DNA of 35,248 nucleotides from a virus (Duplodnaviria > Caudoviricetes). Made by a program: the position numbers and the translations under genes. Location: the IMG/VR virus record IMGVR_UViG_3300044606_000228, positions 1 through 35,248 of that record, one strand, 5' to 3'. This document shows, in pieces, positions 8,128-16,700 of this stretch. The notes beneath the pieces were generated by a model. That model saw only the letters and a list, made by a program, of their open reading frames with translations. It made no database searches and was not told where the DNA came from. The first letter of the stretch is position 1. The number at the start of each line of letters is the position of its first letter.

Positions 8128-10162
8128 AGCTGGCTCCCGATAATATTGTGTTTACCTGATCCTGAAGCTGCTGAAATTTCACAATGAAGTCCTTACCCCT
8201 GAATCCCATCTCACCGCTCAGCTTAACATTAACAGTCTGTGATAAATTCTGCGCAATGCGGTTAGAGTTTATTGCATTAAATAAATTTGTCTGCTGTCTT
8301 TTATTAAGTATCATTTCATCAGGATGCAGTATTGCAGGTATGCCGCCGCCTGATGCTGTAACTGAAGAAAATCCCCCGGTTGCAAATTGTTTGGCACCAA
8401 TAAAAGAATCAGGACTAACAACACCGAACCTGGCAGGAGATGAGCTGAGACCTCCTTCTGAAAAGAATGCAGCCAGGGAAGGAAACAGAAAAGAAAGACC
8501 CATTTTAATACCAGCGGTTACAGCAATTTTAGCAGCAAGCTTGCCTATTTCAGTAATCACTTCACCAATGCTAATTTTAGCTCCAAACATTGCATCTACT
8601 ATTGAATCACCTAAAGACTGGAAAGAAGCTGAAAGTAAATCAACTTTAAATTGAACTTCATCCATTTCAGCCCCGGATAGCTTAACAGCTTCCTGTATAC
8701 TTGGCTTGCCGGGTTCGTTAACCGTAGTCATTCTGAACTGGCCCAGCCCTTTTTTAGTAGAGGCAAGATTTATATCAGCTCCCCTGGCATTGGGAGTGTT
8801 TTTTATTGTCTCGTAATTAAGCTCTCTTCTCAGCCTTATCTGTTCTGACAGCAACAATATCCGATGACGCTCTGAGAGATTCCCCGCATCCAGCAATACC
8901 TGGATTTCTTTTAATTGTTTCTGGATTTCTTCATCAGTTTGAATCGTTTTCTCGAGAAATGACTGAGTTTGTTTTCCCTTATTCTTTAGCGAATCAAAAT
9001 AATCATCCAAAGACTTAACGGCTTTACCCACTTCTTTATTTTGCATACCAAGACGAATAGCTATTTCACGTTGACCAGGTGTAAGTTCTTTAGCCAGACC
9101 GCCGCCAACAGCTGTAATGTTTTTCTGATAATCACTTAATTGTTTGGATAGGTTTTCAAGTTGTCCCTGACTTAATTTATTGGCGCGTGCAAACCTTTCA
9201 ATACCACTTGCCCCCTCAAGTGATGCTTTAGCCAAGCCTTTTAAGAGATCAACGTTTTGTGCAACAAATTTGTTACTCTGGCTTAACAAGGATTTAATTT
9301 TTTCCTGTGCCTGGGTAATAATATTTTTATATTCCTGTACCTGCTCTCCTGTATATGGTATAAAGTCTCCCTTGATAACCACGCCCCCTCTGGAAAGCTT
9401 ATTTTGCATGCTTGCTATTAATGCCTCCTGTTCTGCTACAGCAGTTGCATAAAGTTCTTTTCTATAGCTTGCATTGCCCTCAGCAAGTTCATCATAACCA
9501 GCCGCCAGTGTCCTAATTCTTTCATTAAGTTCCTGAGATTCCTGAGCAAGATTTTTTGTTTCAGTACTGCTACGACTGGCGGACATTGAGTAATAATCCA
9601 GAGCTGATGTAACCGCGGATATTGCAAACATAACACCAACCGGCCCCATTAAAGCGGATCCAATAGCTTTGAATGCTGAAATTACTCCGCCGCTTGATTG
9701 TACCAGATAAATAGCCTGTTGAGATGCCATCTGAATATTATTCGCTATTCCCCTGAAACCATATGGTAAATCCTGAACAATTTGGTTCATGCTCATCAGG
9801 GTATTTGTAGCAGCGGAAAAATTACCTCTGAAAGCAAAAGCCTGAAGCCCTGCCTGTTTTAGTGTTTTATTGTGGAGCTCCTGAGCTCTGTTAACATGCC
9901 CAGATAAAACCTGAACTCTACGGAGGGCATTTTCAAAATCTTTGGTTCCTACAGCGGCAAAGTCAAGTTGTTTTTTTGCATTAGCTAAACGATTATTAAG
10001 CTCACCAATTGATTTACCAGGAGCAGCTTTATCGACGTCAGATAGAGTTTTTTTCCAGGACTTTACTGAATCATCAAAAGATTTGCTGATACCCAGACTT
10101 GCGCGCAGCCTTTGTATAAATTGCTGGTCATCAAGAGACAATATAATTTTGTTTTCAGCCAT
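8114..10162 (-). CDS. Tail tape measure protein
   Basis: Long helical protein; QIVQDLPYGFRGIANNI motif; C-terminal FATGG..GIPAILHPDEMILN; follows the chaperone pair. Confidence 0.9.
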   Translation of the reverse strand: MAENKIILSLDDQQFIQRLRASLGISKSFDDSVKSWKKTLSDVDKAAPGKSIGELNNRLANAKKQLDFAAVGTKDFENALRRVQVLSGHVNRAQELHNKTLKQAGLQAFAFRGNFSAATNTLMSMNQIVQDLPYGFRGIANNIQMASQQAIYLVQSSGGVISAFKAIGSALMGPVGVMFAISAVTSALDYYSMSASRSSTETKNLAQESQELNERIRTLAAGYDELAEGNASYRKELYATAVAEQEALIASMQNKLSRGGVVIKGDFIPYTGEQVQEYKNIITQAQEKIKSLLSQSNKFVAQNVDLLKGLAKASLEGASGIERFARANKLSQGQLENLSKQLSDYQKNITAVGGGLAKELTPGQREIAIRLGMQNKEVGKAVKSLDDYFDSLKNKGKQTQSFLEKTIQTDEEIQKQLKEIQVLLDAGNLSERHRILLLSEQIRLRRELNYETIKNTPNARGADINLASTKKGLGQFRMTTVNEPGKPSIQEAVKLSGAEMDEVQFKVDLLSASFQSLGDSIVDAMFGAKISIGEVITEIGKLAAKIAVTAGIKMGLSFLFPSLAAFFSEGGLSSSPARFGVVSPDSFIGAKQFATGGFSSVTASGGGIPAILHPDEMILNKRQQTNLFNAINSNRIAQNLSQTVNVKLSGEMGFRGKDFIVKFQQLQDQVNTILSGASFDRG

Positions 10163-10409
10163 CTTTATTTTTTTTTCTAAATTCCTGTTCTACCCAGGCA
10201 TCAAATTTTTTAAAAGCTTTTCTTTTCATAATGGTTATTAAGGGAAGGTCTTCAGCGTTTTCACCAGGCATTAAAATTTCGCGGCAGCCCCACAAAGTAT
10301 AATCATCCTGGTATTGTTCCGGAAAACAGGAAACAAGCTCTGTTATTATTTCCTGTTTGTCCTGGTCAAAATCTTCAAAATCAGCTAAGATATCATAACA
10401 ACCTTGCAC
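10155..10409 (-). CDS. Tail assembly chaperone extension (gpT-like), probably reached by -1 frameshift
   Basis: Lies in the -1 frame of 10385..10651 just after T TTT TTC; position before the tape measure gene. Confidence 0.7.
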   Translation of the reverse strand: MQGCYDILADFEDFDQDKQEIITELVSCFPEQYQDDYTLWGCREILMPGENAEDLPLITIMKRKAFKKFDAWVEQEFRKKNKDG

Positions 10410-10651
10410 TTCCCGAAAAAACCTACTAAACCATCCCAGATAGCTGCCGGGGCGATATCATCCAGATCTTCAGGAGCTATTTTTTCATTAAATATAATAT
10501 TGTTTAATTCCTGAAGTTTGTCTTCATCCTGAAGACAAGCCAGATAAGCTTTACTAAAAGAATCCATTTCTCCAGCATTAAAGCCCAGCTTTTTAAGTTC
10601 TCTTAATTTTTTGAATGTGGGCTCTGATATTGTTACTGTTTTATTTTCCAT
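10385..10651 (-). CDS. Tail assembly chaperone (gpG-like)
   Basis: Small gene between tube and tape measure genes; GGAG SD; slippery site near its end. Confidence 0.75.
   Translation of the reverse strand: MENKTVTISEPTFKKLRELKKLGFNAGEMDSFSKAYLACLQDEDKLQELNNIIFNEKIAPEDLDDIAPAAIWDGLVGFFGKCKVVMIS
10415..10421 (-). other. Programmed -1 frameshift slippery site T TTT TTC
   Basis: GGT TTT TTC GGG AAG; a -1 shift gives ...VGFFREVQGCYD joining the downstream ORF. Confidence 0.7.
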
Positions 10652-10700
10652 TTGGCACTCTCCGTTATAATGTTAATACCTTACATTTTGCGTTCTGACA

Positions 10701-10739
10701 ACCTCACCCCGGCCCTCTCCTTATATCAAGGAGAGGGGG
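10701..10739 (-). repeat. Family C repeat
   Basis: acctcaccccggccctctccttatatcaaggagagggg, reverse orientation, just after the tube gene stop. Confidence 0.85.
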
Positions 10740-10748
10740 AAAGGATGA

Positions 10749-11297
10749 TTAACTAACTGCGGTTTCAACAATTTTGAAATATGTTCCTGCAGGTATTACT
10801 ACATCAGCAGTTGTTTTTGCTCCTGTTGGTAATACAAGAGTATCAATAGTAATTTCAGCATCAGCAACAAGACACATAATTTCAAAAGCAGGCTGCTTTG
10901 TTCCGCTCTCTAATTCAAGAGATGGCTTAAACTGAACCAGCGGAAAGAAAAATTCCTGGTGTTTGCCATCAACTACACCCTCATATCTATAAAGGGCATA
11001 ATACTTGCCGCGGCAGCCGCTTGTCATGAATGTAATTAAATCGCCATCAGACTGAAGGAAGTTGCCTGTAACTTTACAGCTCTCAGTATTTTCCAGGAGC
11101 TTAACAAACTTGCCGGTTTCATCTGTCAGCTCTTCAGAATCAACAGCGTAAGCAATTTTGGCAGTTTTTATGTATGATAAAGATTTAAATGTATCAGCAG
11201 TGCCTAACAAATCAGCCCCTGTACTCTGCACTTCCTTTATCATCATCAAGCCGCCTGCCCACTTAACAATTCCGCCTTTCTTTTTTCCTATAGCCAT
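10749..11297 (-). CDS. Major tail tube protein
   Basis: 182 aa, beta-rich, upstream of chaperones and tape measure; AAGGAG SD. Confidence 0.7.
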   Translation of the reverse strand: MAIGKKKGGIVKWAGGLMMIKEVQSTGADLLGTADTFKSLSYIKTAKIAYAVDSEELTDETGKFVKLLENTESCKVTGNFLQSDGDLITFMTSGCRGKYYALYRYEGVVDGKHQEFFFPLVQFKPSLELESGTKQPAFEIMCLVADAEITIDTLVLPTGAKTTADVVIPAGTYFKIVETAVS

Positions 11298-11314
11298 TTT
11301 ATCTCCTTAAATAA

Positions 11315-11342
11315 TCCCCCTTAGAAAAGGGGGCTGGGGGAT
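11315..11342 (+). repeat. Family D repeat (short form)
   Basis: tcccccttagaaaagggggctgggggat. Confidence 0.75.
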
Positions 11343-11348
11343 GTTCCC

Positions 11349-11585
11349 CTATTTTTTAATTTTATTAACTTCAGTCTCAATCTTCTGCTCAATGCGTACA
11401 CGCATATCATCAAGCCTCTGAAACAATTCCTGCTTATCTGCTTTATTCTCCATCCTTGTTTCAATAACAGATACACGCGTGTCCATAGTTCCCCAGGCAA
11501 GCATAGCAGTAATAATTAAAGCTACCAGGTAAATGATAAACTGGTAAACCTGTAATCGAAAACTTTTGCTCTCTATCTTTTCCAT
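11349..11585 (-). CDS. Small membrane protein, lysis module
   Basis: One TM helix followed by a coiled coil; downstream of the endolysin. Confidence 0.6.
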   Translation of the reverse strand: MEKIESKSFRLQVYQFIIYLVALIITAMLAWGTMDTRVSVIETRMENKADKQELFQRLDDMRVRIEQKIETEVNKIKK

Positions 11586-11589
11586 TTGC

Positions 11590-11850
11590 CTACTTTGCTT
11601 TTCCTGTGGACTGAAGACTCTTTCTCAATCCTTTAATATCCTCCAAACTCAACTCGCCTTTTTTGAATTTATGCCAGAGCCCCACTCCCTTAATTAGGAC
11701 TCCGGCGCCGATGCCTATTTTATAAGCTGCTGTATGCACAGGAAACAATCCGAGTGATGAAGCTGTTTCAGCCGCGCCGGCAATAAATAATACTGCATTG
11801 CCTATTTTATTTTTCTTTCCGCTTAACCAGTTCCATGCTTTCTTGAACAT
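11590..11850 (-). CDS. Putative holin
   Basis: WLSGKK..IG start, two hydrophobic segments, basic C-terminus; lysis context. Confidence 0.55.
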   Translation of the reverse strand: MFKKAWNWLSGKKNKIGNAVLFIAGAAETASSLGLFPVHTAAYKIGIGAGVLIKGVGLWHKFKKGELSLEDIKGLRKSLQSTGKAK

Positions 11851-11872
11851 ACAATTATTCCTTGTCTCTTTA

Positions 11873-12328
11873 CTAAAGAGACCGTTTTATAAAATACTTC
11901 TGCACATACTCTTTAGCCATAATAGCCAGGTCTATTCCATCCAGTACAGCAGCCTCAGCGTCGCCCTCAATAACTCCGGCTTCAATTATAACTTTCTTAA
12001 GCTCTGCTTTTTCTTCATCAGTAATTTTATCAGTCAGCTCATCATCAACGTTATTAAAGCCGATAACAGCAGCGGGAGCAGCTTTAACAACTCCTACAAG
12101 CTTTAGCCCGTCACTGATAGTAATCTTACCATCATCAGCCATTGCTGATTTATAAAACTTACCAACTTCACACAGCAGCGCAAACACATCCTTTGTTTCA
12201 GATATGCCTTCTTTATTTTCTAACAGTTCAGCTGCTGTATCAGGAAGCTTAACATCAAAAGTTGTTTTAGTGACCTTCTGAAGGTCAGGCCCTCTTGCAA
12301 TAATTTTAAGATCGATAACTTCACTCAT
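11873..12328 (-). CDS. Hypothetical protein (start revised to MSEVIDLK)
   Basis: AAGGAG SD before ATG 12328; the upstream extension in the track is repeat-derived. Confidence 0.7.
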   Translation of the reverse strand: MSEVIDLKIIARGPDLQKVTKTTFDVKLPDTAAELLENKEGISETKDVFALLCEVGKFYKSAMADDGKITISDGLKLVGVVKAAPAAVIGFNNVDDELTDKITDEEKAELKKVIIEAGVIEGDAEAAVLDGIDLAIMAKEYVQKYFIKRSL

Positions 12329-12354
12329 CTCAAACTCCTTTATTTTAATAATAA

Positions 12355-12396
12355 GTCCCCCCTCGATGGAAGGGGGTGGCAAAGCCAGGGGATTCC
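12355..12396 (+). repeat. Family D double-hairpin repeat
   Basis: gtcccccctcgatggaaggggg-tggcaaagcca-ggggattcc. Confidence 0.85.
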
Positions 12397-12400
12397 CGGT

Positions 12401-12985
12401 CTAATGTTTAATATCAATCCTGTTAAACCAGCCTACATACTTCTCATTGCTGGATTTTTTCTGCATGCACTCAATGTAATGTTTACCCTGGAAGCAATTG
12501 AGTACATTAAATAAAAGTTTCTCCCCGTTTTTATTGAGTGAAACAACAAGCGTCTGCATTGTTTTTACTCCGAATATTCCGTCGACCAGCAGCTCAGGGT
12601 AAAGACTGACATTTCTGTTAAGCAGATTCAAAGCACTTTGCAGATACTTAACACAGGTAACAAGCCCGCAGTTGATAGCTATATCATAAAGCTCATCAGC
12701 TATAATCTGTGGCAGTCCGTTGGCCTGGAAAAAGTCCCAGTAATTTTTTTTATAAAAATCATAAACAAGCTTTTCCAGATCCGGGTTAATCTTAAGAGCA
12801 TCAACCAGGTTCATCCTGGCAGAATAAACAGATTTATAGCTGTCTATAATTTTCCAGCCCGGCCAGCCGGGATTAAAATTCCTTGCAATCCCGCACCAGG
12901 TCTCACCGCCTGCATCATCAGGATCATTGCTATATGTCCCTTCGATGCTTTTGTATTTATTATATGTCAGAAGAAACTGAGCCAT
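12401..12985 (-). CDS. Endolysin, glycoside hydrolase family 108 with peptidoglycan-binding C-terminus
   Basis: EGTYSNDPDDAGGET..GI motif; VDGIFG.KT and GWFNR. Confidence 0.9.
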   Translation of the reverse strand: MAQFLLTYNKYKSIEGTYSNDPDDAGGETWCGIARNFNPGWPGWKIIDSYKSVYSARMNLVDALKINPDLEKLVYDFYKKNYWDFFQANGLPQIIADELYDIAINCGLVTCVKYLQSALNLLNRNVSLYPELLVDGIFGVKTMQTLVVSLNKNGEKLLFNVLNCFQGKHYIECMQKKSSNEKYVGWFNRIDIKH

Positions 12986-13052
12986 TATATTCCTGCGTTT
13001 TATTGCCAATTAAAATCGGCAGACAGCCCGGGTGCCGGAAGGCCATCTGCCT

Positions 13053-13080
13053 GTTGGGGCGAAAGATTTTTCGCCCCTAA
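13053..13080 (-). repeat. Family A REP-like palindrome
   Basis: gttggggcgaaagatttttcgcccctaa; contains the TAG stop of 13077..13610. Confidence 0.9.
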
Positions 13081-13610
13081 TATGGCCATCTTTTGAATCT
13101 ATCCTCCAACGCCCATGCGGTATGATATCCATTTATTGGGCTTCCTTCCGGTGCATTTTCCGGCAGCCCTATTATAACGTACCTATATTGCCTTGCTATC
13201 TCGGAAAAATTTTCATCCTTACTATATAGCGTGCTAACTTCAAGAGAATCATTTATCGTTTTTAACGTTGACCAGGTACCCGCCGCATATTCCTGCAGCA
13301 CAATTTTAAGTTTTATAGAATCGCCTGAAGCTTTCATATAAAATGTATGGTTTGAATCATACTGCGCCGGGTAAGAGAAAGACCTGGTATAAATTGTATC
13401 TGTATTTTTCAGATACCCTGATGCCGTGAAGCTTGCAGTACCAACAGATGTTGTATAGAAGCTTCCCGAATCACTAACCGCTGTCTGTGCCTTAACAGGC
13501 GGAAATAAAAAAACAGCCACGAAGAACAGGGCAAAAATTATATTGCCCGTACGGGCGAAAAATTTTTCGCCCCTTTTTCCGGAAGAAAATAGACCCAATA
13601 AAAATTTCAT
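13077..13610 (-). CDS. Hypothetical beta-rich protein with signal peptide, downstream of the capsid gene
   Basis: IIFALFFVAVFLFPPVKA-Q; possible head decoration protein. Confidence 0.7.
   Translation of the reverse strand: MKFLLGLFSSGKRGEKFFARTGNIIFALFFVAVFLFPPVKAQTAVSDSGSFYTTSVGTASFTASGYLKNTDTIYTRSFSYPAQYDSNHTFYMKASGDSIKLKIVLQEYAAGTWSTLKTINDSLEVSTLYSKDENFSEIARQYRYVIIGLPENAPEGSPINGYHTAWALEDRFKRWPY
13549..13574 (+). repeat. Family A palindrome, in-frame
   Basis: gtacgggcgaaaaatttttcgcccct; encodes RGEKFFART. Confidence 0.9.
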
Positions 13611-13644
13611 ATAAGCCTCTTAAAAATTATTTTCAATTTTATAA

Positions 13645-13673
13645 TACCGGGAGGGCATTACCCAACCCGGTAT
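13645..13673. terminator. Hairpin after the capsid gene, possible terminator or mRNA stabiliser
   Basis: taccggg ... cccggta inverted repeat. Confidence 0.35.
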
Positions 13674-13703
13674 GGAGAATAATGAATCAGAACAATTTCA
13701 ATT

Positions 13704-13765
13704 GTCCCCCTTTAATAAAGCCTGCCTGTCCGGTAGGCAGGGGGGTGGCGAAGCCAGGGGATTCC
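13704..13765 (+). repeat. Family D repeat containing a nested 21-bp family B element (13721..13741)
   Basis: gtccccctttaataaag[cctgcctgtccggtaggcagg]ggggtggcgaagccaggggattcc. Confidence 0.9.
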
Positions 13766-14715
13766 TAAGCAAGTTTCCATCCCTTGCACTGATACAACGC
13801 AGTTGGATTCTGCAAGTGCATCACTGCATCCATATTAACGTTGTTAATAAGGAAGTTGCCTATCTGCCCTGCATACCTGCCTTTAACACCGACAGATGTA
13901 AGAACCGTTAAATCAACCCTCTCACCCCATCTGCATGCGAATATAGACGAGCTGTTATTTTCCTCCGTGAAAGGAAGAAGCGGAGTACCAGGCTCGGTAT
14001 AACCGGCGCCGCGTATTACAGTACCGCCAATCATATCAATTAAGTTGCCAAGCTCATCCTTGCTCTGCCTGTAATAACCCAGGTTCTTTGCAATAGTTAA
14101 CCATCTGACTTTGAGATACTCATTCATATAAGCATGACTTGCACCGCCCCTGATGCATGCAAAAAACTTTAACAGTGATTCAATTGCAGTCTGCTGTGCT
14201 GCTACAGCCATATCACTGTTACCGAGTGCAAGTACAACGCCATCAGCCGAATCATTTGCAAAAACAATTTTGCCAGTTGCAGCTGTCAGCTCTCTCATGC
14301 CGTTAAATTCTTTTTCATCGTCATCAACGTCTCCTTCAAAGAACTTTTCCTGGAGAGTATAGCCAACACTTTCGGCCTGAACTCTTGTCTCCTGCGCCAA
14401 TTCAGCTTCAGGATCTTCATTACGGTCTTCCAGGGCAACATCAGCTTTAGTGTCAAAGCTGACAATCTTTTTAACTACAGGATCGTAAGTCCTGGTAAAT
14501 GCCTGTGCCGTGTTATTAGTATTAAGCTCCCTGAAGATTTCCTCTTTTTCCTCAGTATCCTTAGCCCGCTTAACACTATCAGCAGGCCCGGGCCTGCTGT
14601 AGAACTGAGCATCAGAAAGAATAGGACAGCTTCTTTCGAGCCCATCAATAACAACTGCTGTAACCGGGTCACTTGGTGATATCTGTCTTAGTAACATTTT
14701 AACCTCATATTTCAA
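13765..14715 (-). CDS. Major capsid protein
   Basis: 316 aa after the protease/scaffold gene; FFEGD..D.KEFNGM motif typical of HK97-fold capsids. Confidence 0.8.
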   Translation of the reverse strand: MKYEVKMLLRQISPSDPVTAVVIDGLERSCPILSDAQFYSRPGPADSVKRAKDTEEKEEIFRELNTNNTAQAFTRTYDPVVKKIVSFDTKADVALEDRNEDPEAELAQETRVQAESVGYTLQEKFFEGDVDDDEKEFNGMRELTAATGKIVFANDSADGVVLALGNSDMAVAAQQTAIESLLKFFACIRGGASHAYMNEYLKVRWLTIAKNLGYYRQSKDELGNLIDMIGGTVIRGAGYTEPGTPLLPFTEENNSSSIFACRWGERVDLTVLTSVGVKGRYAGQIGNFLINNVNMDAVMHLQNPTALYQCKGWKLA

Positions 14716-14726
14716 TTAAAAAATTT

Positions 14727-14766
14727 GCCCCTTCTTGAAGGGGCCAGCCGTAAGGCTGGGGGATTC
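14727..14766 (+). repeat. Family D double-hairpin repeat
   Basis: gccccttcttgaaggggc-cagccgtaaggctg-ggggattc. Confidence 0.85.
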
Positions 14767-14789
14767 CCAGCCTCATAATTAATTCATAC

Positions 14790-15887
14790 CTAAGCTTTAG
14801 CAGCCTGCGGCACTCTCCCCTGAGCCTTGAATGCATCAGCAGCTGCCTTAACCTTATCAGCAGAAGTCTGTGGTTTTTCTTCACCGGTTTCTTTGTTTAC
14901 CGTAACAGTCCCGGGCTTAACAGAATTCTTAGCGCACGCATCAAGCTTTGCTTTTGTACCTGCAAAGTCAGCTTTGGCTGCTGTTATATAAATGTCCCTG
15001 TCCTTCGGAAGGATTTTGCAGTCATTTATAGCAGCATCAACCAGGCCAATAACCTCAGCGTCTTTTGTTTTATTCATAAGCTCAGTTACCTGTGTAGTTA
15101 ATGCCTTAACAGACTCAGAAAGTTCATCTTTTTTATCAGATGGAGTTGTTTCTGTTTTATCCTGCGGTTTGGTTACAGGCTGCTCTTCTTTCTTTACATA
15201 GACATCATTTTTCAACTCATACCTGCCTGCATTTATTTCTGCAATGCGTGCCAGCGCCTCAGCTTCAGTAGCTGTTTCAGGCAGACCTAATTTTGCTAAA
15301 AATTCTTTTGTCATTTTCTTATCCTTATTTTTATTTGGAATTTCATCATCAATAGTCATAGCATAAACAGCTATATAATTTTTTGCTGTAGAGGCTTTTA
15401 ATACTTCATCCGCAAATCCTTTTTTTACACATTCAGCAGCATTTAGCCATGTTTCCTCATCCATCATTTTTTCAAGCTCTGACTTACTTAGCCTGGTACG
15501 TTCTTTATATGCTTCGACTATGGCAGACTTTATCTGGTCGAGCATATCGGCTTTCTTACGCATCTCATCAGCTTCGCCGCCTTCCCACAACCACGGGTTA
15601 TGGATCATCATCATTGATGATTTATTCATATAAATCTTCCGCCCGCACATAGCAATTACCGATGCAATGGACGCAGCTATTCCTTCAACATATACTTCTA
15701 CGCTTTTTGATTTAAGAAAATTATAAATAGCAATCCCTTCGAAAACACTGCCGCCCATACTTGATATATGTAGCTCAAACTCATTATATCCCTGGTCTTC
15801 ATACTGACTAACAATCTGCCTTATATAATTAGCATTAACAGCCTCGCTGCCTATATAGTCGTATATGTATATCAAAGCCTTTTTCAT
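14790..15887 (-). CDS. ClpP-like head maturation protease fused to scaffold
   Basis: ISSMGGSVFEGIAIYN, GIAASIAS, MMIHNPW, ETWLNA.E..KGFAD; LGLPETATEAE scaffold start. Confidence 0.92.
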   Translation of the reverse strand: MKKALIYIYDYIGSEAVNANYIRQIVSQYEDQGYNEFELHISSMGGSVFEGIAIYNFLKSKSVEVYVEGIAASIASVIAMCGRKIYMNKSSMMMIHNPWLWEGGEADEMRKKADMLDQIKSAIVEAYKERTRLSKSELEKMMDEETWLNAAECVKKGFADEVLKASTAKNYIAVYAMTIDDEIPNKNKDKKMTKEFLAKLGLPETATEAEALARIAEINAGRYELKNDVYVKKEEQPVTKPQDKTETTPSDKKDELSESVKALTTQVTELMNKTKDAEVIGLVDAAINDCKILPKDRDIYITAAKADFAGTKAKLDACAKNSVKPGTVTVNKETGEEKPQTSADKVKAAADAFKAQGRVPQAAKA

Positions 15888-15910
15888 TTTGCCCTCAACG
15901 AGGGCAGGTT

Positions 15911-15930
15911 AATCAGTTTAATCAGCGGTC
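15911..15930 (+). repeat. Family G AATC 9-bp-period array (short)
   Basis: aatcagttt aatcagcggtc. Confidence 0.55.
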
Positions 15931-16002
15931 GGGTTTGCATTTATAAAATTTCCTCATTACGTTTGAACACTTTCAAATCAAAACATCAATTTTGATTTAT
16001 TT

Positions 16003-16031
16003 GCACGGGCGAAAGATTTTTTCGCCCCAAC
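16003..16031 (+). repeat. Family A palindrome
   Basis: gcacgggcgaaagattttttcgccccaac in the divergent intergenic region. Confidence 0.9.
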
Positions 16032-16138
16032 TCTGATAACAAAGATATTCCGCAAGCTTCACCTATTAAAGAACTTCCCTTCCACTAATACATATGGAAT
16101 TAATCTAATCTATTCCCTGAACCATAGATTCTATATTT

Positions 16139-16166
16139 GTACGGGCGAAAAATTTTTCGCCCCAAC
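16139..16166 (+). repeat. Family A palindrome
   Basis: gtacgggcgaaaaatttttcgccccaac. Confidence 0.9.
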
Positions 16167-16187
16167 GAATTAATTACAGGGAAAAAT

Positions 16188-16700
16188 ATGAGCAACAAAC
16201 CCGGCAGGCGTAAAAGATATGACAGTACATTAAAAGCTGAATGCAGAGTGATGTTCGTTGAGCATGAGCAGAGCTATCAGAAAATATCTGACTACTACGA
16301 CGGCTCACCTTCAGCTCAGTGCATACAGCAGTGGGCAACAAAGAAGGATGCACGTACCGGCAAAAGCTGGGCTGACGAACGCAATGAAAAAGCAGACGGT
16401 AAGTATCTGGCATTATCTCCGCAGGCCCAGGCAAGTAAAGTGCTTGAAAGAATTAATTTCCTGCTTGCTGATGACGTTGAGAACTGGGATCCAAAGCAGG
16501 CTGATGCGTTAGCCAAGACTCAGAAAGTTCTGGAGAAAATAGTTGATAAAAAATTCCAGGTACCTATGATGTACGAGCTGCTGAAGAAGCTTATAGAATT
16601 TCTTAAGCTGCATTACTCCGACCAGGTTACAGCCGAGCTGCTTAATGCTATACGTCATTTTAAAAACGAGCTTCGTAAAAAACTGGAGCTTGGTATATAA
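16188..16700 (+). CDS. Putative terminase small subunit (N-terminal HTH)
   Basis: Overlaps the TerL start (TAATG); HTH-like SYQKIS..SAQCIQQW..W.DER; start revised from 16137, which lies at a repeat. Confidence 0.7.
   Translation: MSNKPGRRKRYDSTLKAECRVMFVEHEQSYQKISDYYDGSPSAQCIQQWATKKDARTGKSWADERNEKADGKYLALSPQAQASKVLERINFLLADDVENWDPKQADALAKTQKVLEKIVDKKFQVPMMYELLKKLIEFLKLHYSDQVTAELLNAIRHFKNELRKKLELGI

Noticed and set aside
8184-10241. Plus-strand ORFs within the tape measure gene (and similar antisense ORFs elsewhere)
   Set aside because: Antisense shadows of long genes, with no SD or motif support
12329-12382. N-terminal extensions in the track (also 16137-16187, 26136-26291, 26646-26762, 28842-28973)
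   Set aside because: They start in repeats or overlap upstream genes; better SD-supported or coupled starts lie downstream
13672-13911. Repeat-derived ORFs (also 21245..21433, 22958..23140, 26639..26839, 29101..29328, 29448..29696)
   Set aside because: Antisense to real genes and open mainly because GC-rich repeats lack stops
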